A stretch of 64,000 bases of DNA from an uncultured Nitrososphaerales archaeon (GCA_963709405.1 CAVPXM010000021.1:1-64000); one strand, 5' to 3'. Shown: positions 23,127 to 35,257, numbered from the stretch's first letter. The notes: generated by a model from the sequence alone, not told the origin. Numbers and translations: made by a program.

Positions 23127-24392
23127 ATGAAAGTATCTGTACTGGGTGGAGCAAAGGAAGTCGGCCGCTCTGCGTTCCTAGTAAATGCTAATAACACCAA
23201 CGTCCTGTTAGACTATGGCGTTCTCTTAAAAAGAGAGCCCATCTTTCCCGTGCATGTCAGGCCTAAGGACGTAGACGCAGTTGTAGTTACTCATGCTCAT
23301 TTGGATCATTCAGGATTTGTGCCATCTCTATTCTTATCTGGTAATACGAAGATGCAAGCTATAGGGACCCTTCCTACATTCGAACTATCTAGGCTCCTAT
23401 TGGAAGATATGATAAAAATCTCAGGATTCTATCTTCCATTCGAGATCGTTGATATATCGACCATGTTGAATCATTCAAAAATTTTACAATATCGAGAGCC
23501 CATCATGATAAACAACGATCTGAGGATCACGCTATATGAATCTGGTCATATTCTAGGCGGCGCGACCGTAATCGCAGAATACGATGGAAAGCGTGTCTTT
23601 TATACGGGCGATATAAATACGAGGGGTACAAATCTGCTTAGACCTGCTGATTTAGACATAGGTGAAATTCAATTATTAATTATAGAGAGTACATATTCCC
23701 AATCAGAACAGACCCCAAGAGAACAATCAGAGAGGGATCTCGTTGAATATGCGAATGAAGTCGTTGAAAGACGTGGAACACTGTTTATTCCAGCTTTCTC
23801 AGTTGAACGTGCTCAAGAAATAACTTGCGTCTTGAAAAATAACAAATTTCGCCATAAAATTGTAATGGATGGAATGGCTCTCAAAGCAAATGAAATCATG
23901 CTGAGACACCCTTCGTTCCTGCGGAATCCTGAAGCATTCAAGCAAGCGATAGGTGAAGCAGAATGGGTGAGAGGATGGAACAGGAGAAAGAAAGTCGTAA
24001 GGGAACCTTGCGTTATTATATCTCCCGCAGGCATGCTGGTAGGAGGTTCTGCAATCTTTTACCTACAGGAAATTGCAAAGAATGAGAGGAATGGAATTGC
24101 GTTGGTCTCGTATCAGGCAAATAATACACCTGGTAGACTCTTGTTGGAAAAAAGAGTAACCATGCTGAATGGCAAAGAGAGGAGGTGTTTAGCGGACGTA
24201 AGGCGGTTTGAATTTTCTGCACATAACAGTAGAACGGAATTATTTGAAATCCTTGATCGTATTGAAGGCACTCCCAAAGTTCTAACTGTGCATGGCGATG
24301 GTACATCCTGCTTGCGATTTGCAGAAGAAATTAATGAAAAATATGGTTTTGATGCTAAGGCTCCTGACACTGGAGATGTCATAGAAATCTGA
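23127..24392 (+). CDS. Metallo-beta-lactamase/beta-CASP ribonuclease (aCPSF-type)
   Basis: LGGAKEVGRS, THAHLDHSG, SGHILG, YTGD, ESTY, FSAH, VHGD; start re-assigned to MKVSVLGG. Confidence 0.92.
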   Translation: MKVSVLGGAKEVGRSAFLVNANNTNVLLDYGVLLKREPIFPVHVRPKDVDAVVVTHAHLDHSGFVPSLFLSGNTKMQAIGTLPTFELSRLLLEDMIKISGFYLPFEIVDISTMLNHSKILQYREPIMINNDLRITLYESGHILGGATVIAEYDGKRVFYTGDINTRGTNLLRPADLDIGEIQLLIIESTYSQSEQTPREQSERDLVEYANEVVERRGTLFIPAFSVERAQEITCVLKNNKFRHKIVMDGMALKANEIMLRHPSFLRNPEAFKQAIGEAEWVRGWNRRKKVVREPCVIISPAGMLVGGSAIFYLQEIAKNERNGIALVSYQANNTPGRLLLEKRVTMLNGKERRCLADVRRFEFSAHNSRTELFEILDRIEGTPKVLTVHGDGTSCLRFAEEINEKYGFDAKAPDTGDVIEI

Positions 24393-24624
24393 TCTTGTCT
24401 AAATTTTCCTATTTACATTAGGTAGTTATGAGATCATCCTTGATATATTCATTCAATAGACATGGCCAAAGTTCATTTCGCATCTATCCCATGGGCAATC
24501 ACATCTGTTCCACATAGATTATTCAAGAAAAATGTGGATGTAGGAAACAGGCTAATCCTCCAACATATTTCAGACCAGCTTTATTTTTTATTTTAAAAGG
24601 TGCACTCTAATGATTTAGGGTTAG

Positions 24625-25812
24625 CTAATTTCGTGACGTCCGCATAAATGATTCCAATTTATCCATGGCTTTTTCGAGAATATCTTCAGTCGGCAAATAC
24701 ACAACTCTGAAATGATTTGATCCGTATCTGCTACCAAAGCCGGATCCATGTACGGTCAATATCCCTGTATTATCAAAAAAATCTAAGACAAATTCCTTAT
24801 CGTCTTTCCAATGACCTCTTAAATCGATTTCTGGAAATACATAAAAAGCACCACGAGGACTGATACAGCTTATCCCATTCATGGCGTTCAAACGCTTCAC
24901 TATATAATCCCTCCTTCGTCTTAGCTTTGCGACCATCTCTTTAATGTGGTCTTGCGGGCCACGTAAAGCCTGCACTGCTGCAATCTGAACAGGCAAATTA
25001 GACGCTATCCGAACTCTGGCAAGTTTAGGAATATTTGCTCGCAACGATTCAAGACGTTTCGAATTACTATTCAAACAAATGTACCCACAACGCCAACCAG
25101 TCATCAAATAGGATTTTGAAAAGCCATTAAGCAAAATTACGGGTGCATCCTTCGAGACGCTTCCAACACCCACAAATTGCTCGTCAAATACGATTTTATC
25201 ATATATTTCGTCGCAGATTAGATAAAGGTCATACTCAGCTGCTAGGTCAATGACCTTTTGCAAATTCTTTCTATCAAAGACTTCTCCAGTAGGATTATTC
25301 GGATTGATTATGCATATTGCCCTCGACTTTGGGGTAATTTTGGAGACTATGTCCTCCACATCTACCCCTCCATTTTGATGTAATTGAAATTCGATAGGTT
25401 TTCCTCCATAAAATTTAACGTACGATGCATAAGGCGGATAATATGGTCCTGGCATAAGTACTTCACTATTAGGATCTATGACAGAAGCCATGACCATATC
25501 GAGGCCCTCAGACACACCATTTGAAATAATGACATCCTCTTCTATTACCGCCAAGCCTTTTTTACTCTCTTTTTCGACAACTGCCTTTTTCAGTTCTGGA
25601 AGGCCTTCTGATTCCGTATAATAATTTTCTTCGTTATTCACGGCATTTATTAATGCCCTTTTGATATGATCTGGGGTTTTGAAATCAAATCTAACCGGAT
25701 CTCCAATATTTAGGTATATTATCTGCTTTCCAGATTCTGCATAGCTTTTCGCATGCAAGGTAATATCACGAATTGCATATTCTACCCCACTAGTCCTATC
25801 TGAGACTTTCAA
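24625..25812 (-). CDS. PLP-dependent class I/II aminotransferase (AlaA/AspC-like)
   Basis: LNIGDP, INPNNPTG, DEIY, GFSKSYLMTGWRCG. Confidence 0.92.
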   Translation of the reverse strand: MKVSDRTSGVEYAIRDITLHAKSYAESGKQIIYLNIGDPVRFDFKTPDHIKRALINAVNNEENYYTESEGLPELKKAVVEKESKKGLAVIEEDVIISNGVSEGLDMVMASVIDPNSEVLMPGPYYPPYASYVKFYGGKPIEFQLHQNGGVDVEDIVSKITPKSRAICIINPNNPTGEVFDRKNLQKVIDLAAEYDLYLICDEIYDKIVFDEQFVGVGSVSKDAPVILLNGFSKSYLMTGWRCGYICLNSNSKRLESLRANIPKLARVRIASNLPVQIAAVQALRGPQDHIKEMVAKLRRRRDYIVKRLNAMNGISCISPRGAFYVFPEIDLRGHWKDDKEFVLDFFDNTGILTVHGSGFGSRYGSNHFRVVYLPTEDILEKAMDKLESFMRTSRN

Positions 25813-26063
25813 TTAGATAGATACAAGCAATTGAACCGAGATAAATGGTTATGTCTAATACTAATGGACATGATCCGATAATTGAGCAACTGGGAGTGTG
25901 GCCAATTTGTAATGCCCGAAAATTGGGGTTTAGATGAATTATGAGAGAATTACGTTGAAGAATAAAATTAGCATCCCTGAATTTTCTAAAACCATTGATT
26001 TGTCTCTTTTATAACATTTACTAGATGAATTGATATAAGACTACCATTGAATCAACCACTATT

Positions 26064-26138
26064 GGGCCCGTAGCGTAGTCAGGACATCGTGGCGGTCTTC
26101 GGAACCGCAGGGCGAGGGATCGAAGCCCTCCGGGCCCG
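26064..26138 (+). tRNA. tRNA-Arg(UCG)
   Basis: GGGCCCG/CGGGCCC acceptor stem, anticodon arm GCGGT-CTTCGGA-ACCGC, T arm GAGGG-ATCGAAG-CCCTC. Confidence 0.92.
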
Positions 26139-26475
26139 CATCACTTCTATCGTACAGACTATCCTAATCCTAGTGATCTTCCTTATAATCGGATTAATTT
26201 CGTATTTTCACACGTCCCTGGAAGATATAACATGACACAAGTCAAATGTTAAAAGTTATTCATCGACATCAATTGATTAAGGGTAATTATTCTCCCTATT
26301 CATGTTTGGGATTCGTTGATCGGCCCGTTATATCCTAAAGTGACCGATGTCAATCTGATATGTTCTCTTAGTTATTTATCCTTATTTCGATACACAGCTT
26401 CGGCTCCTACAGTACCAAAGGAATGACTCACTCGTGAGCAACCGTGTCAACTAGGCTTGGAAGTGTTATGGACTA

Positions 26476-26823
26476 CTACACAACTGCAGTCTCCCCTTTT
26501 TTCCTCGTTCCTATGTCGATTGCGTCATTTACTGGGGAAATGAATATCTTGCCGTCACCTGTAGAACCAGTACTGACCGTATCTAATATCGTGGTGATGA
26601 CCTTGTCCACCTCAGTGTCACTAACAATTATTACAAAATTAGCCCTGACTGAGAATTCTGATACAAACCGCGCTGTTCCTCTTCCTGATTCTACCACGGC
26701 CTTTTCGCCCTTCCCTCGACCCTTCGCTTCTAAAATAGTACAGCCACCGACCCCGGCTTCTTTTAGCGCCTCATTTAATTCTGTTGTCTTCTCGTGTGGA
26801 ATAATAGCCTCTATGCGTTTCAT
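26476..26823 (-). CDS. glnB: Nitrogen regulatory protein P-II
   Basis: MKRIEAII..GRGKG..TGSTGDGKIFISPV..IDIGT. Confidence 0.92.
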   Translation of the reverse strand: MKRIEAIIPHEKTTELNEALKEAGVGGCTILEAKGRGKGEKAVVESGRGTARFVSEFSVRANFVIIVSDTEVDKVITTILDTVSTGSTGDGKIFISPVNDAIDIGTRKKGETAVV

Positions 26824-27563
26824 GGTGTGCTATAAAAAGAGATTATGATATAAGGTTTTCAATTGATATTTCTAACGTAATAATTATAAGTATAGGAAGT
26901 GAATCATATGTAAATATCGTAAAAATGCTTAATGTGATATGCACTTTTTTCGATTGGAGTGCATTTAGGAATAACACGATATTATCATTTAATGCAACAC
27001 GAGCCTTTGAATGTCATCTATCTCTAGATAGATTGTCTAGCCAGTTGGCTGCTATATAGCGAAATTCCGTGAGACATGTCTCGGACTCGATAGGATAGTA
27101 GGTTTTATATCCACCTAAATTTCAAGTAGGGAGATGTGTACCACACTCGGGTATTCGGTATCGACACTTATAATAAATTGATAGTGATCGATATTTCTAT
27201 TTAAATACTGACCGTGGCTTTGGGAAGGTTAGAGAATATAAGATGCATACTAACTGATTTAGCGCTACACCTTAGGCTCGCGAAGCTATTTCGTTAGCCA
27301 CTTATTGCGTGCGTATGTCTGATGTCGCCTCGCTTCCAGTCGGCCCTAGTGGAATTGCGGTAATGAGCGAGAAATCACCAATTATCAATTCTATTGAGCT
27401 GATGCGCATAGAAATTCAGTCGACCCCTTGCTACTGTATTTAACCAAACTGAACCCTATCATCCGGCGATATTGTGCTTATGCAAGGACCGAATCAGATG
27501 GTCCTCCAGATGTTTTAAATAGTTATAAAATATGAAGAAGAGAGTTCTTCCAAATTGCAACCT

Positions 27564-28559
27564 TTACCGCTGGTTGGAACCAAGGTATGCCAATTGTGCT
27601 AAAAAGGCAGTTAATTGGAGATCAGGATGGGCTCCTGTTGCTAAGCGATAGTCATACTCTGCCATTAAGACAGCAATTTCGCTTTGATTACCGAGCTTCA
27701 AAGAATAGATCTCTTGATTTGCATATTTTAAAAAGTCACCATGTGACATGCCATAAATGGTGGTCAATTCCATCAGCTTTATTCTCGATTCATTAAATTT
27801 GCCTGAAATAGCCATGCGAATAACTTCAGCCACTTTTGCTCTGCCAGACATCCCCATCATCGTAAGCACATTCGACATAGTGACATGCTTTGTTGATGCG
27901 GAAGCCTGAAGGATATTGATAGAAAGACGGAGATCGCCAGATGTAATTTCATATATTTTTGATAGCGCTCTTTCCTCGAACTTTATTCCTTCTTTTTCAC
28001 ATATCATCTTCAAATAATTTATTACATGTGTCTCGCCCAACCTAGTAAATCTAAATATTACACACCTACTCTGAAGTGGATCAATGATTTGTGAAAGGTA
28101 GTTACAAATAATTATGAACCTTGTTGACTTTGAACTATCTTCAATAATTCTTCTTAAAGCTGTCTGCGCTTCTGAAGTCATTTCATCAGCCTCATCAAGA
28201 ATAATTATTCGATACATATTCTGTTCCTTATCAGGATCTGTTACTAATTTGATGACAGCTGCAAATGCTTTTACTCTTTCTCTAACCATCTTGATACCCC
28301 TTTCATCGGACGCGTTTAGCTCAAGTGTGTCTTTTCGCCAGTTCTCTCCGAGCAAATGTTTCGCTATGCATAACGCAGCAGTTGTTTTACCTACCCCCGG
28401 AGGACCAGCGAAGAGCAGATGCGGAATAACTAGAGGATTCTTGATAAGGTTTGAGACTCCGCTAATTACCTCGTTCTGATTAACAATCTGTGCTATCTCC
28501 AATGGCCGGTATTTCTCAGTCCACATCAAATTCTGAAAGGTATTATTTATTGTCGACAT
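27564..28559 (-). CDS. rfcS: Replication factor C small subunit
   Basis: WTEKYRP, GPPGVGKTT, ELNASDERG, LDEAD, LQSRC. Confidence 0.96.
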   Translation of the reverse strand: MSTINNTFQNLMWTEKYRPLEIAQIVNQNEVISGVSNLIKNPLVIPHLLFAGPPGVGKTTAALCIAKHLLGENWRKDTLELNASDERGIKMVRERVKAFAAVIKLVTDPDKEQNMYRIIILDEADEMTSEAQTALRRIIEDSSKSTRFIIICNYLSQIIDPLQSRCVIFRFTRLGETHVINYLKMICEKEGIKFEERALSKIYEITSGDLRLSINILQASASTKHVTMSNVLTMMGMSGRAKVAEVIRMAISGKFNESRIKLMELTTIYGMSHGDFLKYANQEIYSLKLGNQSEIAVLMAEYDYRLATGAHPDLQLTAFLAQLAYLGSNQR

Positions 28560-28854
28560 AGGTGTCTGAGCCTGTGAATTCCAACTGACCGCATATTAGG
28601 ATTGCGAGGTTAAACAACTTTATTCATATTTGCTTAGTGCACATGTTGTATCTGGGCCGTAAGATTGAGTTAGTTATTTAATAGAAATCCTCTACAAAAC
28701 AGCAAATACGTCATTATTAGCTAGCAATGTATAATTAGTGTCCATGATTTAAAAATAATGTCTGCATTGTAGAATATCTGTGGAGTCTATCTTAGCTTGA
28801 TAGTCAACGAAAGATACAATAAAGGATATAACTGAAGGAACCTACATATTAGAC

Positions 28855-29400
28855 GTGCTAAATGGCTGTCATACTTTATCTGCAAACTATGCTATTTCTA
28901 GTCAACTGATTTATTTTATTCAATTTATGTTAGAGGATGTTCGAGTCACCTTTAGGCACAATTTTAACTTAAATCTGGATGGAGTTTGCATAGATGCAAA
29001 GGATGGGGACATTTCAATGATTCCGCGCTGGCTCGCAAAAGTGTTGAATAATAACGGTGTTATCGATTTAAGAGATATCGATGTCTCATCCTACATTTCC
29101 AGATCATTAAATCGTGAGCGAATTGCGAGGGCTCATGACTTATCTAGTATAGATCCTGACTTTTACGTACGATTGAACGATCATCTTGAAGATTCTAGAG
29201 AGACTGATCGCGAAAGATTATCGGTTTCGCTTAATTCTTTTATTGCCTCTCGATTGGAAAAAATCGCAAAGCTTGCAGTTGCCTCGCCTGCATCTCCTGA
29301 GCTCAGAGAAAAATTATCCGCAGAAGAATATGAGCTTTATCTTATGATTCACAATGTCTCAGGCTTATTCAAAGAAAGTGTGTTGAAAAAGTTTGGCTGA
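28855..29400 (+). CDS. GINS complex subunit (Gins23-like)
   Basis: IPRWLA motif and LSAEEYELY; overlaps the mcm start as in the gins23-mcm operon; start uncertain. Confidence 0.8.
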   Translation: MLNGCHTLSANYAISSQLIYFIQFMLEDVRVTFRHNFNLNLDGVCIDAKDGDISMIPRWLAKVLNNNGVIDLRDIDVSSYISRSLNRERIARAHDLSSIDPDFYVRLNDHLEDSRETDRERLSVSLNSFIASRLEKIAKLAVASPASPELREKLSAEEYELYLMIHNVSGLFKESVLKKFG

Positions 29401-31462
29401 ACAACAAACCGCCTCGGCATTGGCAAATGAACTTGAAAGATTTTTGCGTTCGTTCAAGGATAAAGAAGACACCTACAAATACTTTAACAAAATCAATCAT
29501 ATGATGGCGTTAAATTCAACATCAATAGTTGTAGACTACATTGATTTTGACATCTTCTGTCCAGATTTCGCAAAACAGATTACGCACAACCCTGACGAAA
29601 TGTTTGCTGGATTCAACCAAGCAGTAATATCAATACTAAGTGAAATTCACTCGGACTACGCAACCGAAATCCGCGATAAACTCAGAGTCAGAATTGGCAA
29701 TTATACAGTACAGAAGGGTTTGAGAGATATCAATGCCGAAGTAATTGACAAGCTACTCGGCGTCTCCGGCATGGTCGTGAGATCATCGGAGGTCAAACCC
29801 CTCGCAAGGAAGATTGGGTATCGGTGTACGAGTTGTAATGCTATTAATGAAGCGACATTGAAGGGCCTTCTCTTGAAGAAGCCAGTAAAATGCTTGAATT
29901 GTGATGAAAGAGATTTAGAAATGGATCCAGAAAATAGCGTTTTTACCGATTTTCAATTAGTTCGTCTTCAAGAATTGCCCGAAGATTTACCAGCTGGTCA
30001 GCTTCCGCACTACATCGAGGTAACAGTGATGGGTGATTTGGTGGATCAATGTCGTCCCGGAGACAGGATTATGCTAACAGGCATCGTAAGAATAGAGCAA
30101 GAACAGGTTTCACCACTACTGAAGACCAATTTATTTAGGTTAAGGATGGAGGGGAATAATATTGAATATCTAGGTGGCAGGGCCGGCAAAAAGGAAACGA
30201 GAACCATTGAGCGGATTGCAATCAGCAATGAAGATGAGAAACAAATTCTATCCATAGCGACTAAACCTGATGCATACGACAAACTCATAGCCTCATTTGC
30301 CCCTCACGTATATGGGCACGAGGTAATCAAGGAAGCTATCTTATTACTAATAGTTGGGTCTGTAACGAAGAAGCTCGCAGATGGATCATCTAGACGAGGA
30401 GATATTAATGTATTTTTGGTTGGTGATCCCGGAACGGGGAAGTCCGAGATGTTGAAGTTTGCTGCGAAAATTGGTCCTAGAGGGCTTTATACCTCAGGAA
30501 GAGGCTCAACCGCAGCCGGATTGACTGCAGCCGTCATTCGAGATAAATCTGGAATAATGATGCTCGAAGCAGGAGCAGTGGTACTCGCTGATCAAGGGCT
30601 GGTGTGTATCGACGAATTTGACAAGATAAGACCTGAGGACCGTTCCGCCTTGCACGAGGTTATGGAACAGCAGACCTGTTCAGTGGCCAAAGGAGGTATT
30701 GTTGCCACGCTCAATGCGAGGACTTCAATTTTATGCGCGGCCAACCCCATGTATGGTAAATACGATCCTTTCAAGAATATTACTGAAAATGTTAATTTAC
30801 CGATCCCCCTTTTGACAAGGTTTGATCTAATTTACGTGGTAAGAGACAATCCTGAACAAGAGAAGGATAGTCGTATCGCAAGTCACATACTTGAAATTCA
30901 TCGAGATTCAGAACGTGCGGTTCAATCAGCAATCGAGATTGATCTTTTCAGCAAATATCTGTCGTTTTGTAAGCAGATAGAGCCTTCATTAACTACAGAA
31001 GCCATTGATATCATTCGGAATTACTACATGAAAATGCGAAATGTTGAATCTGAAGGAATGATAACCGTCACTCCTAGACAACTCGAAGGATTAGTAAGAC
31101 TTTCCACTGCACGCGCTAGATTATTGTTAAAGAACAGAGTGGAAGCTGAGGATGCTGAACGAGCGATTTATCTTGTCCAGCGAATGCTCGAAACAGCCGG
31201 AATAGATGTGAATACCGGAAGGGTCGATCTAGGCGTACTCCATGGAAAACCACATAGTGAGGTATCCAAGTTGAAGATCTTCATCGAGGTCTTTAGCGCC
31301 CTTTCTGGACAGGATCGAAATGAAGTCAGCGAACGGACTTTTATAGAAGAACTAATCAGAACGAACAAATTTACTGAAGATGAGGCAAGGACGTACATAA
31401 AGAAAGCAATGCAAAATGGTCAAATTTATGAGCGCAAAGCAGGTTTTTATGCTAAAGCCTGA
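29393..31462 (+). CDS. mcm: MCM replicative helicase
   Basis: C4 zinc motif, GDPGTGKS, CIDEFDK, AANP, LLTRFD, TPRQLE; no intein. Confidence 0.97.
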   Translation: MAEQQTASALANELERFLRSFKDKEDTYKYFNKINHMMALNSTSIVVDYIDFDIFCPDFAKQITHNPDEMFAGFNQAVISILSEIHSDYATEIRDKLRVRIGNYTVQKGLRDINAEVIDKLLGVSGMVVRSSEVKPLARKIGYRCTSCNAINEATLKGLLLKKPVKCLNCDERDLEMDPENSVFTDFQLVRLQELPEDLPAGQLPHYIEVTVMGDLVDQCRPGDRIMLTGIVRIEQEQVSPLLKTNLFRLRMEGNNIEYLGGRAGKKETRTIERIAISNEDEKQILSIATKPDAYDKLIASFAPHVYGHEVIKEAILLLIVGSVTKKLADGSSRRGDINVFLVGDPGTGKSEMLKFAAKIGPRGLYTSGRGSTAAGLTAAVIRDKSGIMMLEAGAVVLADQGLVCIDEFDKIRPEDRSALHEVMEQQTCSVAKGGIVATLNARTSILCAANPMYGKYDPFKNITENVNLPIPLLTRFDLIYVVRDNPEQEKDSRIASHILEIHRDSERAVQSAIEIDLFSKYLSFCKQIEPSLTTEAIDIIRNYYMKMRNVESEGMITVTPRQLEGLVRLSTARARLLLKNRVEAEDAERAIYLVQRMLETAGIDVNTGRVDLGVLHGKPHSEVSKLKIFIEVFSALSGQDRNEVSERTFIEELIRTNKFTEDEARTYIKKAMQNGQIYERKAGFYAKA

Positions 31463-32849
31463 TACTCGAATTTAATATTTTAATGGTAGATTAAACCAGA
31501 AGTCTTATTAGTAGGCGTTATTAATAAAGTCCCCCTTCTGTTCCGTCTACACAATAGGCTAAGAAGTAACATACTTAAAATTAAGGTATTCTAGGCTACT
31601 TAACTGAGGATCGAAAAGCTGGAAGGGATCATAAAACGAAACTTGGTCCTCTTCTATTATTCTGAAACTCTACCTCTAATGAGCATCGTTAGTCAGTAAC
31701 AAAAGATTTCTCGTGATACATCACATCAGAATTTTGCCTCATCTGCGAAGGATATTCCATCTCATAGAAGAGGTCTGAAGACTTTTTATCTAGTTTGTAG
31801 CGTAATTTCGAATTCAGTTTTCGAATTACGAATTAGTATAGATTGTCAACGAGTAATACGAACATATTGTTCATTATGATGCTCGAACTAGTCCTTGAAT
31901 GACGTTATTTTTGGAATTAAGATACAAACTACTTTTTATTATCTCTATATATAGTAGTTGTGAGCAGTATATCTCGAATAGGAGTAACATTGAGTTCTTG
32001 TGAAAATTGAGAACGAACCGTATACTGCCCTCTATGCATTTCTTTGGCTAAGCTCAAGCATGCCAGGACCGATCATAGGTTGTTGAGGGATAATACTTGT
32101 AGCATCTTGATCTATCTTAATGGATTTTTGTCGCGTCCAAGGATTAAAACTCTAAGTGATTACAAATTCTAATTTAAATTTAAGCCTATATCTTCCCCAG
32201 AAATCGACTAACGGATCTTTAAAATACATATCGTAAATTGAAGACCAAAAGAAAGAATTACGTTAAGCACTATACCGGTTGGAGTGATTATTAAGGAGGT
32301 TACCATTCAGATGCTAACTGCACGTTTTGATACCATTCTCTAATAGTTGAGCTCAATGCCGCGAGGGATTGGCAATAGAAACTATAGGCAAAGACTTGTC
32401 TTCTTGAGATCTCGGTTTCAGAATTTCGTTAGAGTAAACCCAAAAGGTGACGACTATTTTGATTCGTCAACTTGATGCGATTGAGACATTATCAAAGGTA
32501 GATAGTATGAATATTTTAGATAAGCTCTATATTCAAACATATCACCTTTCTATATGAACAACAGCTACGAGCGCTATTGTGTTTGATATATATCAATTCG
32601 CACCATGATCACACAATTTAAATTCTCTCGCTAACGAGCCTTTCCATAATGAAATGCTCGGATTCATTCTGCAATATGATGCCTATCCAACAACAAAGTT
32701 TTGCAACAGGGTATCATTCAGAATCTGAATTACTTGAAATGAATTCAATCCTTCTATGCGCAAGCTAGTGCGAAGAATCCTTCGTCCGAATCTATCTCAA
32801 AATCTTGAACATGGATTACTTTAATTCAGTTTCGTAACCCTTCAAACCC

Positions 32850-34206
32850 CTAGAATGTTGATGATATCCAAGAGTTGGATAATTTGAAATTTGAATCGGT
32901 TGTAAGAAATGATTTTTCTATGCCGTATCTGTGAATAGGTTTTGTCAAATGCCTGTGGCTTCTTGGCGGAGGTAAATATAGCCCAGTCTTTATGTTCCTC
33001 TCTTTATCAACACGAATTTTTTGCTCCATTCTGCCCTTGTATCCGCATAGTTCACACTGAAATCCTTTATTTTTCCCTTCCGATTTCATTCTTTTACCGC
33101 AGTTCTTGCACAATGGATTAAAAAAACGAAATGTCTGTGAAAGTTCGATTATAGAAAGATATTCCACATTTAGGACTTGTTGATGCATAGATGTTGCCTC
33201 TCGTACTCCGAAACCAATCTCTACCTCATCTCCTATATCCAATTTTGATACGATATTCGCAAGATCTGTAGGTTCATAAACTGCCGCAGCTATACTATTG
33301 CCATAATCATCTTCAACTCCTAATATTACATGTCCACCATTAATGATGCTTGGTTTTATATTCACTCTGCAAATTGAGAAACCAGACATATAAGGTTTAA
33401 TATCTCGAAATTCCAGTTCATTCAGAAGATGCATATTGGTTCCTTGGTTAGATCTAAATACCATATATCCCTCCAAGTGTTCTTCGGGTTTAATCATTTT
33501 GAGTGACGATAGCACAATTTCAGGAGATTCTCCCCTGACCCCACAAAACACAGGATCTGGTCCATGTGGAGCTGACGAGAACTCGATGGTGGGTAAAGTC
33601 ATAACTGTTGAAGGTATTAGGAAATGTTTCCTTACTGCATTTTATCACCTTTGAAGCATCGATCATTCTAACGGTTTGGCAGTTTTCCGATTTTCTATAA
33701 GCAATCGCTTCGAAGGTATGGTCTCCCCAAAGCAGGGTACCAACAGCCGCTAATGAGCCTATTAGCCCTTGGCCGTTTCCAAAAGTGAAATAATCTATGC
33801 TGTCGTATTTTCTTGCAATTTTCTCGGCCATTTCCAGACTCAGAATGTCATACATTGCCTTTCTTCCGAATTCTTGGACGACGTCCGGGACGTATTTACT
33901 ATCTAAAATTACAACACCTGGATTTGCACCGGTGTCAATGGCAGATTCCTCTTCTACGTACTCCGATACATAGTCGATTATTTTATCGCGATCGTAGGTT
34001 CTCAATCGTATGCAAATAGCACCATTCCCTCTAGTTTTCCAAGGTATATTTGGATTCAATCTAATGAGCAGAGGATAATCAATAAAATCGCCTAACCCGT
34101 TTTCCAAAATATGATGAACGATATTGTATGCCAAATAGGTAGTACATCTCCCATCCAACGAATCAGTATCATCTATTCCAATATGCAATACGTCGAGGCT
34201 TGACAT
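32850..34206 (-). CDS. tiaS: tRNA(Ile2) agmatinylcytidine synthetase (+1 frameshift near 33572)
   Basis: IGIDDTDS..CTTY, RLNPNIPWKTRGNG, PHGPDPVFCGVRGE, SNQGT, NPLCKNCG..CELC, RHLTKP. Confidence 0.92.
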
Positions 34207-34735
34207 TCCGTTATACCAAAACGTGGTAACCCTGTCTAAATATTAACTATTCCAATTCTGATAACGTGCAAACGTGACGGACCAAGACTCACTGCGAGAG
34301 ATTATTGGAGTTAAATTATTAAGGTATGTGGCATGACCCACGACTGTATTCTAACTTTTCATGCGTTAAATTCGTTGTCAAGCAGGTACATTTGGGCGTT
34401 ACCTCATAAAGTGCAACTATTCTACTCTTTCAAAGTCGTTTGCTAGCTTTATCGCTAAAAATTGCTAATATTGAACCTGCTGTAGCAGACAGATTTTTAA
34501 AACTATTCAACTGATTAACACCGGCCATCATGAAGCGGGTTGCTCTCGATTTTAAGGGTTAAATTCCAGAAGGTGTATGCATGCTTTATGCGAACACACG
34601 TTATCTAAAGTAAGGATTGGGGATTTTCAAATAATAAATTTTCCGGGAGAACTCGATACAATATAGCAGAATGACCTCACATGTGACATGGTTAAACCTT
34701 ATCAATCTAGGATATTAAAAACCATTTATGTAGAT

Positions 34736-35257
34736 CTAGATCACCTGTTGATTAGGTTGTTGTCCCTTTTGCACGTATCGATAACTTCTCATTGTTCCAA
34801 CTCGTCTAAGGCTTCCTTCTCTTACCATATCAGTCAAGGAATGGGATACGGCCGTCCTATCGTAATTGTATCCGCGCCTGGACAATTCCTCATGAACTCG
34901 GCCCAGAGATCTTTCTGATTCAAAATACCCCTCATAGCATAGTACCCCAATTAACCCTCTACATGTCGCTCCAGTGGAGGGCACCACCTTCGAGTTTGTA
35001 GTATTACTCGATGCTTGGGACTGTGTGCCAGTAAATGTCATTATTCTCGATTTCAAATATGCAATTTCGCCATTTAATTCTTGAAGTTTACTAGTAATTG
35101 CCTCATTCAATTCAGTGGAATTATCGATGCCAAAAAGCACATCCTCTATCACACCCTTGACCCTATCTTTGCCGCATGTTATTTCTATTTCCCAATCTCC
35201 GTGTTTAAGTCTTATCTTAACTTCGTCCGGTTGTGATGGGGGATTATATGCGATCAT
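34736..35257 (-). CDS. Conserved hypothetical protein with coiled coil and C-terminal winged helix
   Basis: VHEELSRRGYNYDRTAVSHSLTDMVREGSLRRVG..YRY. Confidence 0.75.
   Translation of the reverse strand: MIAYNPPSQPDEVKIRLKHGDWEIEITCGKDRVKGVIEDVLFGIDNSTELNEAITSKLQELNGEIAYLKSRIMTFTGTQSQASSNTTNSKVVPSTGATCRGLIGVLCYEGYFESERSLGRVHEELSRRGYNYDRTAVSHSLTDMVREGSLRRVGTMRSYRYVQKGQQPNQQVI

Noticed and set aside
27230-27510. Slightly GC-richer intergenic stretch considered as SRP RNA
   Set aside because: No helix 8 motif (CAGG..GGAA..AGCA) or long terminal helix found on either strand
31528-31543. Minus-strand GAACAGAAGGGGGACT resembling the 3' P4 strand of RNase P RNA
   Set aside because: No matching 5' GAGGAAAGTCC/GAGGAAACTCC element about 250-350 nt upstream, and the region is AT-rich and unstructured
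20836-34206. Programmed frameshifting in tyrS and tiaS
   Set aside because: No slippery heptamer or downstream structure at the sites, and the same single-base indel pattern occurs in unrelated genes; sequencing error is simpler
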